NCBI GenBank assembly: GCA_013265495.1
Contig: MU057560.1
Location: 2,480,909 to 2,544,908, forward strand
Reading direction: 5' to 3'
DNA length: 64,000 nucleotides
From: Vicugna vicugna
Lineage: Eukaryota
Position numbers and translations under genes: made by a program. Every line of letters begins with the position of its first letter. The first letter of the stretch is position 1. This document shows, one piece after another, positions 1-11,514 of this stretch. A model generated the notes under the pieces. That model was not told the origin of the DNA. It did not search any database and saw nothing but the letters and a program-made list of their open reading frames with translations.

Positions 1-189
1 CCTTCCGTGCTGGACTTCATTTTAAACTTCAAGCCTAGACATTTAAAAATTTTTGGCTATTTATTTTGGTTCTCAATTCCTAAAATGTCTCTGAACATTT
101 GACTTACAGATAAATCTTGATTTCAGATTCCATAACCCATGGACAAATCCCAATCCAATGCTACCACAGCCCCAGCTATGAGAACCCAC

Positions 190-415
190 CTTAGACGTGA
201 CTCCCCGAGTTCCCACGTGTGCATGAGACACCCAGTCTTCCCACGAGACCCTCATTCAGAGACGTCGTGACAACAGCCAGGAGTGACTGCGGAGGGGCCA
301 TAGCCTCCAGATCTTCTGTTCATCAGCGCCATTCAACTCAATAAGAAATCGCTGTTAACTGCTAGCAGAGAGGAGTAATTCTCTTTTCCCATCCCTGAGG
401 ATATTACAGTCAATT
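190..415 (-). other. Candidate internal exon (226 nt) of a minus-strand transcript; probably 5'UTR or lncRNA
   Basis: Minus-strand acceptor ...tgtttgtctgtcggtgtccag| and donor AAG|GTGGGT. All three frames contain stops; no recognisable protein. Confidence 0.4.
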
Positions 416-729
416 CTGGACACCGACAGACAAACACATGATAAGAGTTCAATAAGGAGCTCGGAGACGAGGGAGGAGAGGCACACAGCCGGTGAGGACC
501 TCCCCAGGACGCGACGGCTGGGCGCGGCCTCCAGGATCAGGACGCGCGGTGCAGGGAGAGTGGGAGACGGGGCACTCTGGGCAGGGAGAAGCGCCAGGGG
601 TGAGGCACAGTTGGCACGAAGCCGGCTCATGTCTCATGGGACTTTCTGCACCTTTACTTCTGGAGGCAAGTGCCACAGCTTTGCCAAAACCAGCCAGGCA
701 ACAACGAAGCCAGCAGAAGTGTGTCTCAC

Positions 730-832
730 CAGGGCTCCGAGGGTGATTCAGAGCATCCCGCCAGTTTGTGAGGATTCCTGCTGGCCTCAGCGTTCCCATG
801 AGAGCGAGTGTCTTGCGTCTGTCTTGACACCC
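730..832 (-). other. Candidate internal exon (103 nt) of the same minus-strand transcript
   Basis: Minus-strand acceptor cctcccgtcctgcag| and donor CTG|GTGAGA. Confidence 0.4.
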
Positions 833-908
833 CTGCAGGACGGGAGGACTGACCCAGGGTTGGGGGTGAGGACCCGCTGCCCTACTGTGCTCGAGGGACC
901 GGTGGTGA

Positions 909-1803
909 CGGTGGTCCACGAGGGACGGTTTAGAAGCGGACCTCCACAAGAACTAATGTGTGCACATATACACATGGATACCTGGTTAAAACTATAGTGA
1001 TGTAAAGGGTATGTTACACAGTATTTACAGATAATAATAAATACACAGAAAAATGGATTCCCAAACAATGCTTTTGTTCATTTCTCCAAAACTCTGAAAT
1101 CATAGCTCAACTATGGTTTGCTATTTACAGGTGAATGTAGTTAAAACATGTACGTTGCTTGACATTTTTGTTCGTGTGATTTAAACCAAGAGAGACGAGA
1201 GCGAGACAGCAGCCCTGTGTGTTAGAACTTCCCTCCGGTCAGTGATGCGTGTGACTCCTTTGCTAAATCAGATAATAGTTTTTGGATATTAAAATACTAT
1301 TTCCGCAATGTTCCACACTTTTTACAATGCAATGGCTGCAGAAATAATTTACTTTTAAATTTAATCTGTGTTACTACTGTTTGTCACCAACTTGACAATC
1401 ATCAAAACAATATATGGAGCTCTGATTCACGAGGTGTGCCAGCTTCCATGGAGAAGTCACTCTCCCTGTGGTCGACTCCAAGTGCCCAACGTAACATCCC
1501 TGAACGAGAGGCTGGGGAGAAGTTCGCAGCAGCCCATCAGGGTACCTGTTCCCACACAGACACGGCAGATGTCAATAACCTCAAGGGAAGAGGTAATAAT
1601 AAGTTAAAATACAGTAAAATAGGAAGCAATGAGTTTGGGGAATTTATTATGTTTTCCTATTTTGTTTTAAATATAATTCATTGAATGGTAAGTCTCTGTA
1701 ATTTAATTTTTAACAATGACTGTACTTAATATGGGCTCGTGAAATTCCTCAAGATTTAAGTCCATTCTCCTGAGCCGGTGTGAACCGCCCCAGCACACTG
1801 CCG
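909..1803 (+). mobile_element. MER63 (C/D-like) hAT-Blackjack non-autonomous DNA transposon, near full length, decayed
   Basis: AT-rich block collinear with the remembered MER63D consensus (ctttgctaaatcagataatagtttt; aataacctcaag; taggaagcaatgagttt), ending ggctcgtgaaattcct...gagccggtgtgaaccgccccagcacactgccg. Confidence 0.75.
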
Positions 1804-3099
1804 CTGAGGAGCGTGGTCAGACGCTCCGTCTCTCCCTCCCGCAACCGCCGGGCTGTCTCTTCTCACTCCTACTTTGTAGATGAACAAGGGCCCCTGGCAG
1901 AGAGGTTTGCAAAACCTCACACAGCACTTAGTCTCCCTTTAACTCTATGTTACAGACACAGCAGAAGGCGGGGCTCTAAGTGTGCCCACGGAAGGTCAAA
2001 CCCCAGCAAGACCCACAGAACCGGTGTGTGAATAGTCAGTGAGAGAGGCGGGTGGCCTCCCTGCTCCCTGGGAGGCAGGCTGGGCGGCACTGTTGCTCTG
2101 TGAAACATCATTTCAAACGTCCCGATTCCAATGTGTGTGAATAAATATCTGAGCACAATGGTTCCCAGCCACTTCTCAGCGTATGATTTCCTTGGTAACA
2201 GAGAAAAGGTACACCCACGTACGCACACGGTACACAAGCGTGTGAACAAGGAACAGGTGCGTGTGTTGATGGGCTTGTGGTTGCAGCAGCGTCCGCTTGA
2301 GACCAACGGAGGTGTTCCCACAGCCGTCCTGGCTTGTGTCCCGTCCCCACTGGACACCACTGTCCTCCCTGCCTGCCTTCAGCAGGTCAGCCGCGTGGGC
2401 TCCCAGAGCCACAGCGCTTCTGGTCCAGCGGGTCAGTTGATTCCCGGACTCTCCTCCCTGCGAGACCAGTAATCCCGCGGGAGAAGGGAAGCTTGTCATG
2501 AGGACAGAAGTGACCAGCCGTGAATCTCAGCTGCTGAAGGTTCAGTGTCCTTTATTGTCTTTAAAAGGGAGAACAGACCAGAAAACAAAATAAAACAAAA
2601 CCGACAGAACCAGGTGATGCCCTGAGCTTCCAGGCAGGACCCTGCATCCCAGCAGGGAGTCTCACAGTCTCCCCAGCGGAGTGCCTGGCAGAGGGCTGAG
2701 TGGCCCTGGAAGGAGGACATGCGGCTTCGGGGCTCTGCACCGGACGCTGGACCCCTCCCTCCACCTGGTTTACCTGACCAGCTCACTCGCCGTCCTCCTG
2801 GAGCGTAGAGCTTGGTGAAGACAAAAAGCCTGACGCACGGTTGACACACAGTAACAAAACCCCCACTGTGTCCTCAGGGATGAGTTACGCGGTTACGGAT
2901 TCACTCTCCCAGCGGCACCCCTGCTCTCCTCGTGTCTCCTTCCACCAGACCGAGCTTCTCAAGGACAAATGCTTCCCCTCCATCGTGAGCATTTCTGACG
3001 TCTGGCTGTTGCCTGGCACAGGTTACTTCTCCAACAAATCAAATAACAAACAGATTTTTGAAGAGATATTGTAACTGCATGATTGACTATAGGCAATTA

Positions 3100-3850
3100 C
3101 GTTCACGGTATATTGATAAGTACAAAAATCATAGTTAATCAATCAGTTCCCCACTGCGAAACATGTAAGTGGTTTCTGATTTGTCACAATTGTGAACATC
3201 AATTTCACGGCATTTCCACAGGCGCACACTGAATCTCTGGTGTGACTCTGGTACGTGGCTGAATTTCTAGAAGTAGCATTTATGAGCCAAACACATCTTA
3301 CGACTTCTGATACCTGTTGCATAACTGGTCCCCGAAAGTTCTGAGATACTGACTTCTAAATCTGGCCCTTCATTAACGTAAACATTTAAGTCATTTTCGT
3401 CTACTTATTTTTAGGTTACAACCAATCTTAAAATGTACAAAACTGTCACAGAAATTGGGTCCATTCTTGCATTTTTGCTGCTTTTCCATCATCTGACCAC
3501 CTTTTCTAACTCTAGTTAAACACTCGTCTCATTATTGTAGCTTCATGCAGTTCTTAGAACGATTCAAACAAACATTCCCTGGTATGTCTTCATTTAAATT
3601 ATTTTCTAATGAGCTTTAGAAATATTTTGAATGTTTTGATCCAGTGGAATCTGTCACTAAAAATATTAACATTTACAGAGTAATTTGGGGAGAGAATTTT
3701 TATGGTAGCTTGTGTCCCCGTTATAGGACATCTCACACTGCTCCAATCGGTCCAGTGCTCCGGCACCTTCCCTAGTCAAGCTCAGCAGTTTTCTTCCCAC
3801 AGGAGCTGCTCCCCCTGTTAACTTCATTCTCGTGTTTTATACCCGTCGGT
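3100..3850 (-). mobile_element. Highly decayed ancient L1 (L1ME-like) fragment
   Basis: T-rich stretch with L1 antisense-like motifs (aatttctagaagtagcattt; gagtaatttggggagag). Confidence 0.4.
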
Positions 3851-3869
3851 TCACTTTCCATCTGATATT

Positions 3870-4570
3870 ATTTTTCTCCCCTTGAAACACCTCCTTTATA
3901 ATTTCTTCTCCTGTGGGTCTGCTAGCAATGAATTCTTTCACCTTTTTTTTTTAATGTGGAAAAGTCTTTTTCTCATGTTCATTTTTAAAAGGATACTTTT
4001 ATTTGCATCCTTGCCAACTAGTAGGTTGGCAGGGTTTTTTGTTTGTTTGTTTGATTTTTTTCCAAGTAACTTTAAAGGTGTTGTTCTTGGCTTTCTTGGA
4101 GTCTCTTGAAAGCCTCTTGTCTTTGTTACAATTTTTTTTTTTTGTAAATAATGTGGTTTTGATTTTCTGGCTGCTTTTAAGATTTTCTGATTATGACTGG
4201 TTTTCAGAAATTGGATGGTGATGCTCTTTGAGTGATTCTCTTGCTGTTTCTTCTGCTTGGTGGTTCACAGAGCTGCTTGTATATGTGGGTTTATCATTTT
4301 CATCATATTTATAAAATTTCTGGTCATAATTTCTTTAAATAACTTATCCGTTCCTCCTCTTACCTGTCTCCTTTTCTCCAGCTTTTCTTTTTCTCTTGAT
4401 TTCATTTGGAGGGTTTCTGTTGTTATGTCCTAAATTAACTACTTCTTCCTTCTGCAGTGTCTAATCTTCTATTAATTCTAGGCTGTGAAATATAAATATA
4501 AATATATATGTATCTTTTTAATCAGACATTTTTCTTTTCATCTGCAGAAGCTGCATTTGGTAATTTTTCA
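3870..4570 (-). mobile_element. Ancient L1 ORF1-region or HAL1-like fragment
   Basis: Antisense motifs typical of old L1 ORF1: ggtctgctagcaatgaattct; ctggctgcttttaagattttc; cttctgcagtgtctaatctt. Confidence 0.6.
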
Positions 4571-4576
4571 CTGTAA

Positions 4577-4765
4577 TTTTTTTACTGCAAAATACGCGTA
4601 ACATAACATGATTTTCATTTTTAGGTGTACAGCTGAGTGGCATTAAGCACCTTCACATTACTGTGTCACCATCCACCACCACTCATTTCCAGACCTTTTT
4701 CATCCTCCCAAACTGAAACTCTGCGCCCTAAACCCTGACGCCCCGCCTCCCCAGCACCCCCGCCA
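4577..4765 (-). mobile_element. L1MB-like 3' end
   Basis: ttttaggtgtacagctgagtggcattaagcaccttcacatt...tttccagacctttttcatcctcccaaactgaaactctg matches the L1MB 3'UTR read antisense. Confidence 0.7.
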
Positions 4766-4774
4766 GATAACACC

Positions 4775-4899
4775 CGTCTGCACACCAGGGAGAGAACCCC
4801 ACCAGGCTGGTGGACCTCCAGGACTGTGAGGAAATAAACACCTGCTGTTTACGCCCCCCCAGGTCTGTGGTGTTTTGTGATGGCAGCCGGATTAAGACA
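4775..4899 (+). mobile_element. MaLR (MLT1) LTR 3' fragment
   Basis: cctccaggactgtgaggaaataaacacctgctgttta...ggtctgtggtgttttgtgatggcagcc...taagaca is the MLT1 3' end. Confidence 0.75.
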
Positions 4900-4945
4900 C
4901 TATCTCACAGAGAAGAAACTGAGGCTCGCAGGAGGGCACGTCTGT

Positions 4946-5107
4946 CAGGATGAGATACATGATTTGTGGCAGCCGGTGCAAAACAAAAACGTGCAATCCC
5001 TTGCTGAAAAATGATTAAGAATTTCAGGACAGTAAGAGCAGAGCGTTAGACCTTCTGAGTGGGGCCTGTGTGGCTGCTCAGGCCCCAGTGCCACACAGCT
5101 GGCCCTG
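4946..5107 (-). mobile_element. MER45A-like hAT-Tip100 MITE
   Basis: The reverse complement follows MER45A (cagggccagc...gctctgctcttactgtcctgaaattcttaatcattttt...tttgcaccggctgccacaaatcatgtatctcatcctg). Confidence 0.7.
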
Positions 5108-5189
5108 GTGTCCGGCCCGGGACCACAAGCCGAAGTTCTGATCACAAGGAACTGATACCAGTTTGCCACTAAACAGAATTTTTGATTAC

Positions 5190-5290
5190 CTGCTCCCTGC
5201 CCCTCAACATAAAACGGCTTAACTTGGAGCTCATGTGAGACTGAATGGTTTCCTAGCTTCTGTTCTCAGCCGCCTGTCTTTGCACACAAA
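5190..5290 (-). other. Candidate internal exon (101 nt) of the minus-strand transcript
   Basis: Minus-strand acceptor gttttgtccttgactccag| and donor CAG|GTAATC. Confidence 0.45.
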
Positions 5291-5999
5291 CTGGAGTCAA
5301 GGACAAAACATAACCCCTCCGGGAAGAGCCCACGGGAGCCCAGTTAGTAAGCAGGGCACGTGTGCTGCCGGATTCGGGGAGGGGAGGGGGGCGGGAGGAA
5401 GAACACCGTGACCTTGTCCGCTGTCAGCTCCACGTGAGGTGCTGAGCTCCTCCAGGTCACTCCCAGCTGTGCAGAGTCTCAGCCCATCCTGGAGAAACAG
5501 CTGGAGGCTGTCTCTGCTCGGGTTACAGCAGGTCCCTGAAGCCTCAGGCCTTCCCAACGGTGGGGAGGGAGCCCTCAGTGAGCAGGGGCCGGGCAGGGCA
5601 TGGCTCAGTGGCCAGTCCATCTTGACAGTCAGGCCCAGGGGAGAGGCAGCCTCAGCCTTTGCAGCCCAGGAGCCTAAGAATAAATACTGCCTTGTAAGAA
5701 ATGTCAGCAGGCCGAAGGCATTCTCCGCGGGAGAGGCGCGCACAAGCACACACTCTGTCACAGGCTTTGTTTAAATGCGCAGAATTACAGGTGCCTGCGC
5801 ACAAGCCCCACAGTAAAGGAGCCCAGTCTGAAATGGAACCCAGCCAGCTGGCCTCGGTGCAAAATGAACACAATTCACGACTCCCCCTAAAACGCGGCCT
5901 GACTGCCATGCACACGGTCACGCATGTGAGGCTCCCTCCGGCTGGGGGGCTGATGCGGCCAAGTTTTAAAATCTGTGCTGTCTTCAAAACGGTCCGAGG

Positions 6000-6560
6000 A
6001 CCTCGCATGGCTGCAGGAGCTGCGCTGCCTGCTCCCTGCTTCGGAGCACGGAAGTGGCATCCACCGCGAAAGCAGCAGGGAGAGCAGGGAGCAGGCACCT
6101 CGGCCGGCCGCAGCCAGGCAGTCTTCGGGGAGCCAGCACGCGTCCCCCGACCCAGCCCCGCCGCAACCTCAGCGGCCCCCGCCCCGCCCCGAGCGCGGCG
6201 GGGAAACGCAGGGACGGGCGCAGGGGCTCGCTGCATGCCGGGAAGTGTAGTCCCTCCGCCCTCCGCGTGCGCAGTGCATGCTGGGGATTGTAGTTCCACG
6301 CCCCTGCGCGGGCAGGCGCGGCCCCGGCGCAGTGCATGCTGGGCACTGTGGTCCTCCGTCCGCAGCATCATCGAAGAGCCGGGAAGCGCGGGGCAGGGGG
6401 ACACGCCCTCCCCGTCGCCCGGGGCGGCCAAAGCCAGACTCGAGCCCCCAGATTTCCATGCCCTGCGCTGTAGCTGCAGCCCCGGGAGGTGACTGATGAG
6501 CCCGAGAGAGAGCGGGGGGAATGGAGCGAGACTCACCCACACCCTGCCCGGCAGGGGCAG
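6000..6560. promoter_or_regulatory. CpG-island promoter, probably bidirectional
   Basis: Very dense CpG, GC boxes (gccccgccccg at about 6176-6191), an ETS core (cggaagtg at about 6049) and three ZNF143-type motifs. Confidence 0.85.
6232..6354 (-). promoter_or_regulatory. Three tandem ZNF143/THAP11 (SBS/M4, ACTACAnnTCCCAGCATGC-like) motifs
   Basis: tgcatgccgggaagtgtagtcc (6232-6253), tgcatgctggggattgtagttc (6275-6296) and tgcatgctgggcactgtggtcc (6333-6354), all in the same orientation. Confidence 0.85.
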
Positions 6561-7910
6561 GCACCGGCCCTGACAGATGGGTTCTCCGAGGAGAAGAACG
6601 AACCACAAGTAAAACATTAAGTGAGAGGAGTAGGAGAACCCGCACGGACCAGGGAGATGTGCGGAACCGAGGAAGGCGCTCCCGGGCTGGAGACCCGAGG
6701 ACAGCCGACCCCTGAAGACAGTGCTCTTCTCAACCAGAAATAAAGACATTTAGGAACCATTTATCGCGCGTCATCTGCGATGTAAAGTGCCCGTGGGAGG
6801 CGGGGCAGAACCCCTTCCGATCGTGTTAAAGACGATACTGCTCAGCACGTGTTGAGGGTTCACCCAGGCCTCACCCCAAGCACCAGACGTAACTCCCAGC
6901 ACTGGCACAGGCTGCCTTACGAGGCAGGCACTGGCCCTCCCAGGTGCAGGTGACGACGCCGAAGAGCAGAGAGAAGTGGCTCCTGACCCTCCAAAGACCC
7001 TCCACGGCTGATGGGAAGCACGGATCTGAGTCCAGCCTGGTTCCTGGACCCACACACCTGCGGCTAGACTAGGTGGGTGGAAAGTCCACAAAGCAAGATT
7101 AGATTCGAGCAGATTGGAGCAGATTCGAGCAAGGAGAGGCTACAAGAAAACACACTTAAGTAGCAGAATTATCAACAGATTAAACTTGAACTGTTTCAAA
7201 ACACACATATGCAAAACAGCAGAGTTAAAACCTGTACTGAAGGTGGGGAGGAGAGACACGACTTTCAGGTGATGAATAACATGATTTCACAGGACATGGA
7301 GGACAAATTTCTTTAAGTGGATACAAGAAATCCGTCTAGAAAAGACCCTTTCCAGAAAATAGAATTTACCATCATTTTCAGAAGTCCAGATAGGCATCAT
7401 TAAAAAGTATCTATCGTTGGAAAATTTCCTGGAGGAAAAATAAGCCAAAATGTTAAATTAATGATCTCTTTGGCATGAGATTGTGAATGACATTTTAATT
7501 TTTTTTATGTCTCTGAATTTTTAACATCTTGGGGAGTGTGTGTTTCTGTTAAAAATAAATGAATGCCCTTTAAAAGACCACTGGTTTTAGAAAAGGTGAA
7601 TGGAAGTGCTGGTGTTAGCTTCTTGACTGTCCCTCTGCCTTTTCCTGGGTCCTTAGGGACCCAGGCCTCTGCTTTCCCTCTTGTCGGGACCTGATCTCCA
7701 CCTCACTTCTTGTCTCTGACTCCATCGGATGCCCTTGGGCCACAGAAACACCCCAGCCTGGGGGAGGGGCAGCCTTGTAGCTGAGACCCCAGAGAGTCCG
7801 GCGCTGTCTCAAGGTGCAGACAAGAGCAGAGGAGTCTGCGTCTGGGAGGGAGAGTGGGATGCAAGGTGGGGTGGTGGGCTCCCAGGAGGGACAAGTGGCA
7901 GGATCAGCAG

Positions 7911-8361
7911 TGTTCACGGACCTCAGTGGTCCAGCAGGGTTGGGAAGGAGAAATATCAGAGGCTTGTCTTAGAGGCATCTTAAAGAACAAGCCCACAGGA
8001 AGAGGCAGAGCCCAAAGCAGAGGGAGTATGATGCTTTGCATTTAGCGATGGGGTTTGGGGTTTTCTAGTAACCGGGAGAACGCTGGGGGCTCTCTCAGAA
8101 CTGGATTCATGGCAGATACCCAGTCCCTCTTAAATAACCCGACTCACCCAGCATGAGTGCTCAACAAGTATGGTGAGTTACTCCTTGTCTGAGACAACCT
8201 CCCTGATGCAATTCTGGGAGACATTCTAGCCTGGAGTCAATACACAGAAGAAGCCTCACCCGTGGCCTCACTGCCATTGACTTGTTCAGACTGCCCACCC
8301 AGAACCCTGCCATCCCTCCCGAGGACCCAGGGAGGTGTGTAATGGGTCCATTCCTGTTTCA
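7911..8361 (-). mobile_element. Possible old solo LTR, family not identified
   Basis: About 450 bp with TG...CA ends on the minus strand (tgaaacaggaa...gtccgtgaaca) and a TATA-like tatttaag; no target-site duplication visible. Confidence 0.3.
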
Positions 8362-8382
8362 GTGACAGATCCATCAATGGAG

Positions 8383-9013
8383 TTAATTAATTAATTAATA
8401 TTGACATATGGTCAGTTCACAATGTTGTGTTAATTTCTGGTGTACAGCATAGTGATTCAGTTATATGTATATGTATATATGTATTCCTTTTCATACTCTT
8501 TTTCATTATAGGCTATTACAAAATATTGAATGCAATTCCCTGTGCTGTACAGTAGGACCTTGTTGTTTATCTATTTTACATGTAGTGGTTTGCATCTGCA
8601 AATCCCAAATTCCCAATTTATCCTTTTCCCCTCCTTCCCCACCTGGTAACTATAAGTTTGTCTTCTGTGTCTGCGAGTCTGTTTCTGTTTTGTAAATAAG
8701 TTCATTTGTGTCATATTTTTAGACTTCATGTGATATCATATGGTATTTATTTTTCTCTGACTGGCTTACTTTACTTAGAATGACGACCTCCAGGTCCATC
8801 CACGTTGCTGCAAGTGACATTACTTCATTCTTTTTTATGGCTGAGTAGTATTCCATTGCATTAATATACCACACCTTCTTTATCTAGTCACGTGTTGATG
8901 GACATTAAGGTTGTTTCCATGTCTTGGCTGCTGTATATAGTGCTGCTATGAACATCGGGGTGCATGTATCTTTTTGAATGAGTTTCCTCAGGATGTATGC
9001 CCAGGAGTGGGAT
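8383..9013 (-). mobile_element. 5'-truncated cetartiodactyl-type LINE-1 (ORF2 C-terminus plus 3'UTR)
   Basis: Minus-strand translation ...QKDTCTPMFIAALYTAAKTWKQP is the L1 ORF2 C-terminal motif; 3'UTR tttctggtgtacagcatagtgattcag...tccctgtgctgtacagtaggaccttgttg. Confidence 0.92.
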
Positions 9014-9032
9014 AAAATACATTTATAGTGCC

Positions 9033-9122
9033 TTTTTAAAAAAATGGAGGCACTGGGGAGTGAACACAGGACCTGGTGCGTGCTAAGCATGTGCTCTACC
9101 TCTGAGCTGCACCCACTGCCCC
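9033..9122 (-). mobile_element. tRNA-derived SINE, camelid vic-1-like, short form
   Basis: The reverse complement gggtgcagctcagaggtagagcacatgcttagcacgcaccaggtcctgtgttcactccccagtgcctcc has A- and B-boxes and an A/T tail. Confidence 0.85.
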
Positions 9123-11194
9123 ATCGACTGAGTCCTGATTGGGCCTGCCTCCTCTGAGAACATGCGCTGGCTCTGGGATCACCCAGTTCTGCGTTGGATT
9201 CTAGGCCTCCATCTGCTCGCTCTGAGATCTTAGGGAAGAGTTGGGTTTCTCCAAACCATTGTTCACACATCTAAGGAGTTAATATTTGTGCCGTCTGACA
9301 CGTGGTAGGACCTCTACGGAGGGTGGGGGGCTGGGAGCCTGGGCGGTGAGGGTCCTGAACAGACTACAGAGTCTAACAGAGCAGGACATTCTCCTCTAGG
9401 AAATGCAGGTGGCCGGGCTCTGGCCACTTGCGGGTCACCCTCCAGCTCTGCTGCAGATACTTCTTGACAGCAGTGACTGTTCGTGTCCTGCAAGACGGAC
9501 TGTGGCTCCCCTCGTGACCTAAGGATCTAAGGTCTCAGGCACAGGGCTGGCTCCTTGACACGGACCTCCAGAGGACAGTGGCCACGCGCCTCTTCAGATG
9601 CTTGGCACACACGTGTGGCTTTGTTTCACGCCAGCAGAGGAGGCAGAGAGAGCATCTCTTCAGAAGCAGCGGCCAGAGCTGATCAGGGAGAGGACGCAGC
9701 AGCGCCCAGCCAGAAACTGGAGAGCTGCCCCCTGTCTGGGTTCTGTGCTGGTTGGGGTGTGGGGGTGGGAGAATTTCTAGGGTGGCTGTGAGTGGGGTGG
9801 GAGGGCGGGGAGGGGAGCCAGCGGACAGGAGCGCTAGAGGCTCCGTGAGGACAGACAGGCGGAGGCAGAAGAACCGGGCTAGGCAGAGGCAGTGTACCCC
9901 CTGCTCCTGGCGTGAGGATTGGAAGAGTTGGCAGAGAGGAGAGAGCAGGGCCGGGGCAGCTCCGGGTCGGGTGGGTCAGGGGCGGGTAGCTGTCCTCCGG
10001 CGCCAGCATCAAGTGGAAAAGATACCGGTGGTATGGCTGCTGGAGCAGCAGACCCCTCACTCTGTCCCCAGTGGGGCACAGGGGTGTTTTCGAGGCGTAG
10101 TTTCTGTTTCTGGGTATTTGTTTCTGTTGCTTTTGCTACGAGGCTCCCCGCGGGCCCCCCAGGAGGTGAGTCTGATCCTGTTCCCCGGGGAGGCAGTGTG
10201 ACCCCTGGGGGCATTGCTCTGAGCTCAGCCGCAGACTCAGAGTCCACCCCGGGGTTCACGGTGGCCTTTGCTCTTTCAGATCTCGATTCTCTCAGAGACG
10301 ATGTGGTCGTACAACGGCTGTTAAAACGCGAGACCCAGAAGCGCACAGGAGCGAGCCCAAAAGCAGCCGGCCCGGCCTAAACCAGACCGGGTCGTCAAAG
10401 GGCGTCTGCCGTCCTCTGCGGACCTCGCCGTCTACAGGTCACAGAGCTCCACTCCGGCCGAGTGCCTCTCCTGGCTGTCCCCCATCAGGTTTCCATCGTT
10501 CCTCTCCCGCTGTTTGCCTCGCGGTGCCTCCAGCTGAGGACCTCTGGCCGTTACTGTTTTGCCCACGGTCTGTACGTCCTGCAGGCGCCAGGTCAGGCGC
10601 GTCAAGGCCAGCCTGCGCCCCGTGGTACACCCTCCTCGGAAACACGCGCGTCACTGCTCACACGGGAGTTTTGTTCTTAATCCCATGGAAGTGGCGGCAG
10701 GTGCAATGCCTGCACGCGGCCCTCCTCGGCCTGCGGCTCCCCCCGGTGCATTCACCCCCTGGAGGACCTGGCAGCCGGGGCCAGGCGCGCCCGCCGCCCG
10801 CCCTGCTCTGTAACGCCTTGCGGGTGCCGGAGCGCGGGGACTCTGACTGTCTTTGTGTGGTGTGTTCTGTGGCCCGGCCAGACCAGTGGCTGGAGTGGTC
10901 TTGGAACCCTTCAAACTGCGTCTCCAGTGGCGGCCGCACTACAGCCCCGCCATCAGAGCCTCCTCCCTCAGGGCCCCTTCTCCAGGGACTGCTGTTCAAA
11001 GGCAGGTGCCCTTTGCGGGGACAGCAGTTCCTTCCTTGTGGACTTTAGCTGAGAACCGGCCGGCAGCCTGGAGTCAAAGTAGGCCGTCCCTGCTAGAACA
11101 GCGGGTGGGGGGTTTGTCTTGGGTGGTCCCGGCGCAGGGCGGGCGGGCCCAGCAGAGATGACGAGAGGCACTTTTCATGAATAAGTGACTGCCC

Positions 11195-11330
11195 CTTGCT
11201 CCGCGTAGTTTTCATCACTCCAATAATCCTGTGTGGTAGGCATCATCCTTCCTAACTTAGAGATGAGGAAACAGACCCGGGGGTCCCCCAGCAAGGTGAC
11301 GGCAGGGGTGGAGTCCGGCACGGCTGAGGG
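11195..11330 (-). mobile_element. MIR SINE fragment
   Basis: Core aataatcctgtgtggtaggcatcatcctt...agatgaggaaacaga. Confidence 0.65.
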
Positions 11331-11401
11331 TGGAGGGGTGGTGGGAAGGGGCCCCCTTCTCCTCGCTGGGCCCCCTGCGCTGTGTCCTGTACAATCCGCA
11401 G

Positions 11402-11514
11402 CGGTGCTCCCAGACGCCCTCGGCAGCCTCCGGGGTTCAGGGCCTCCCACCGCGAAGGAAGCCCTCAAAATCAAAGGCCAAGCTGAAGGCAGAACTTTGG
11501 CAAAGACGGAAGTG
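11402..11514 (+). other. Candidate internal exon (113 nt) of a plus-strand transcript
   Basis: Acceptor tgtgtcctgtacaatccgcag| and donor GTG|GTGAGC; no recognised protein. Confidence 0.3.

Noticed and set aside
5652..6749. 365-aa (minus) and 263-aa (plus) ORFs across the CpG island
   Set aside because: Overlapping Ala/Pro/Gly/Arg-rich frames on both strands are expected in very GC-rich DNA; no recognisable domain.
9683..11171. Cluster of 100-175-aa ORFs on both strands as a large coding exon
   Set aside because: No frame resembles a protein I recognise and frames are open on both strands, consistent with GC content; kept only as possible non-coding exons.
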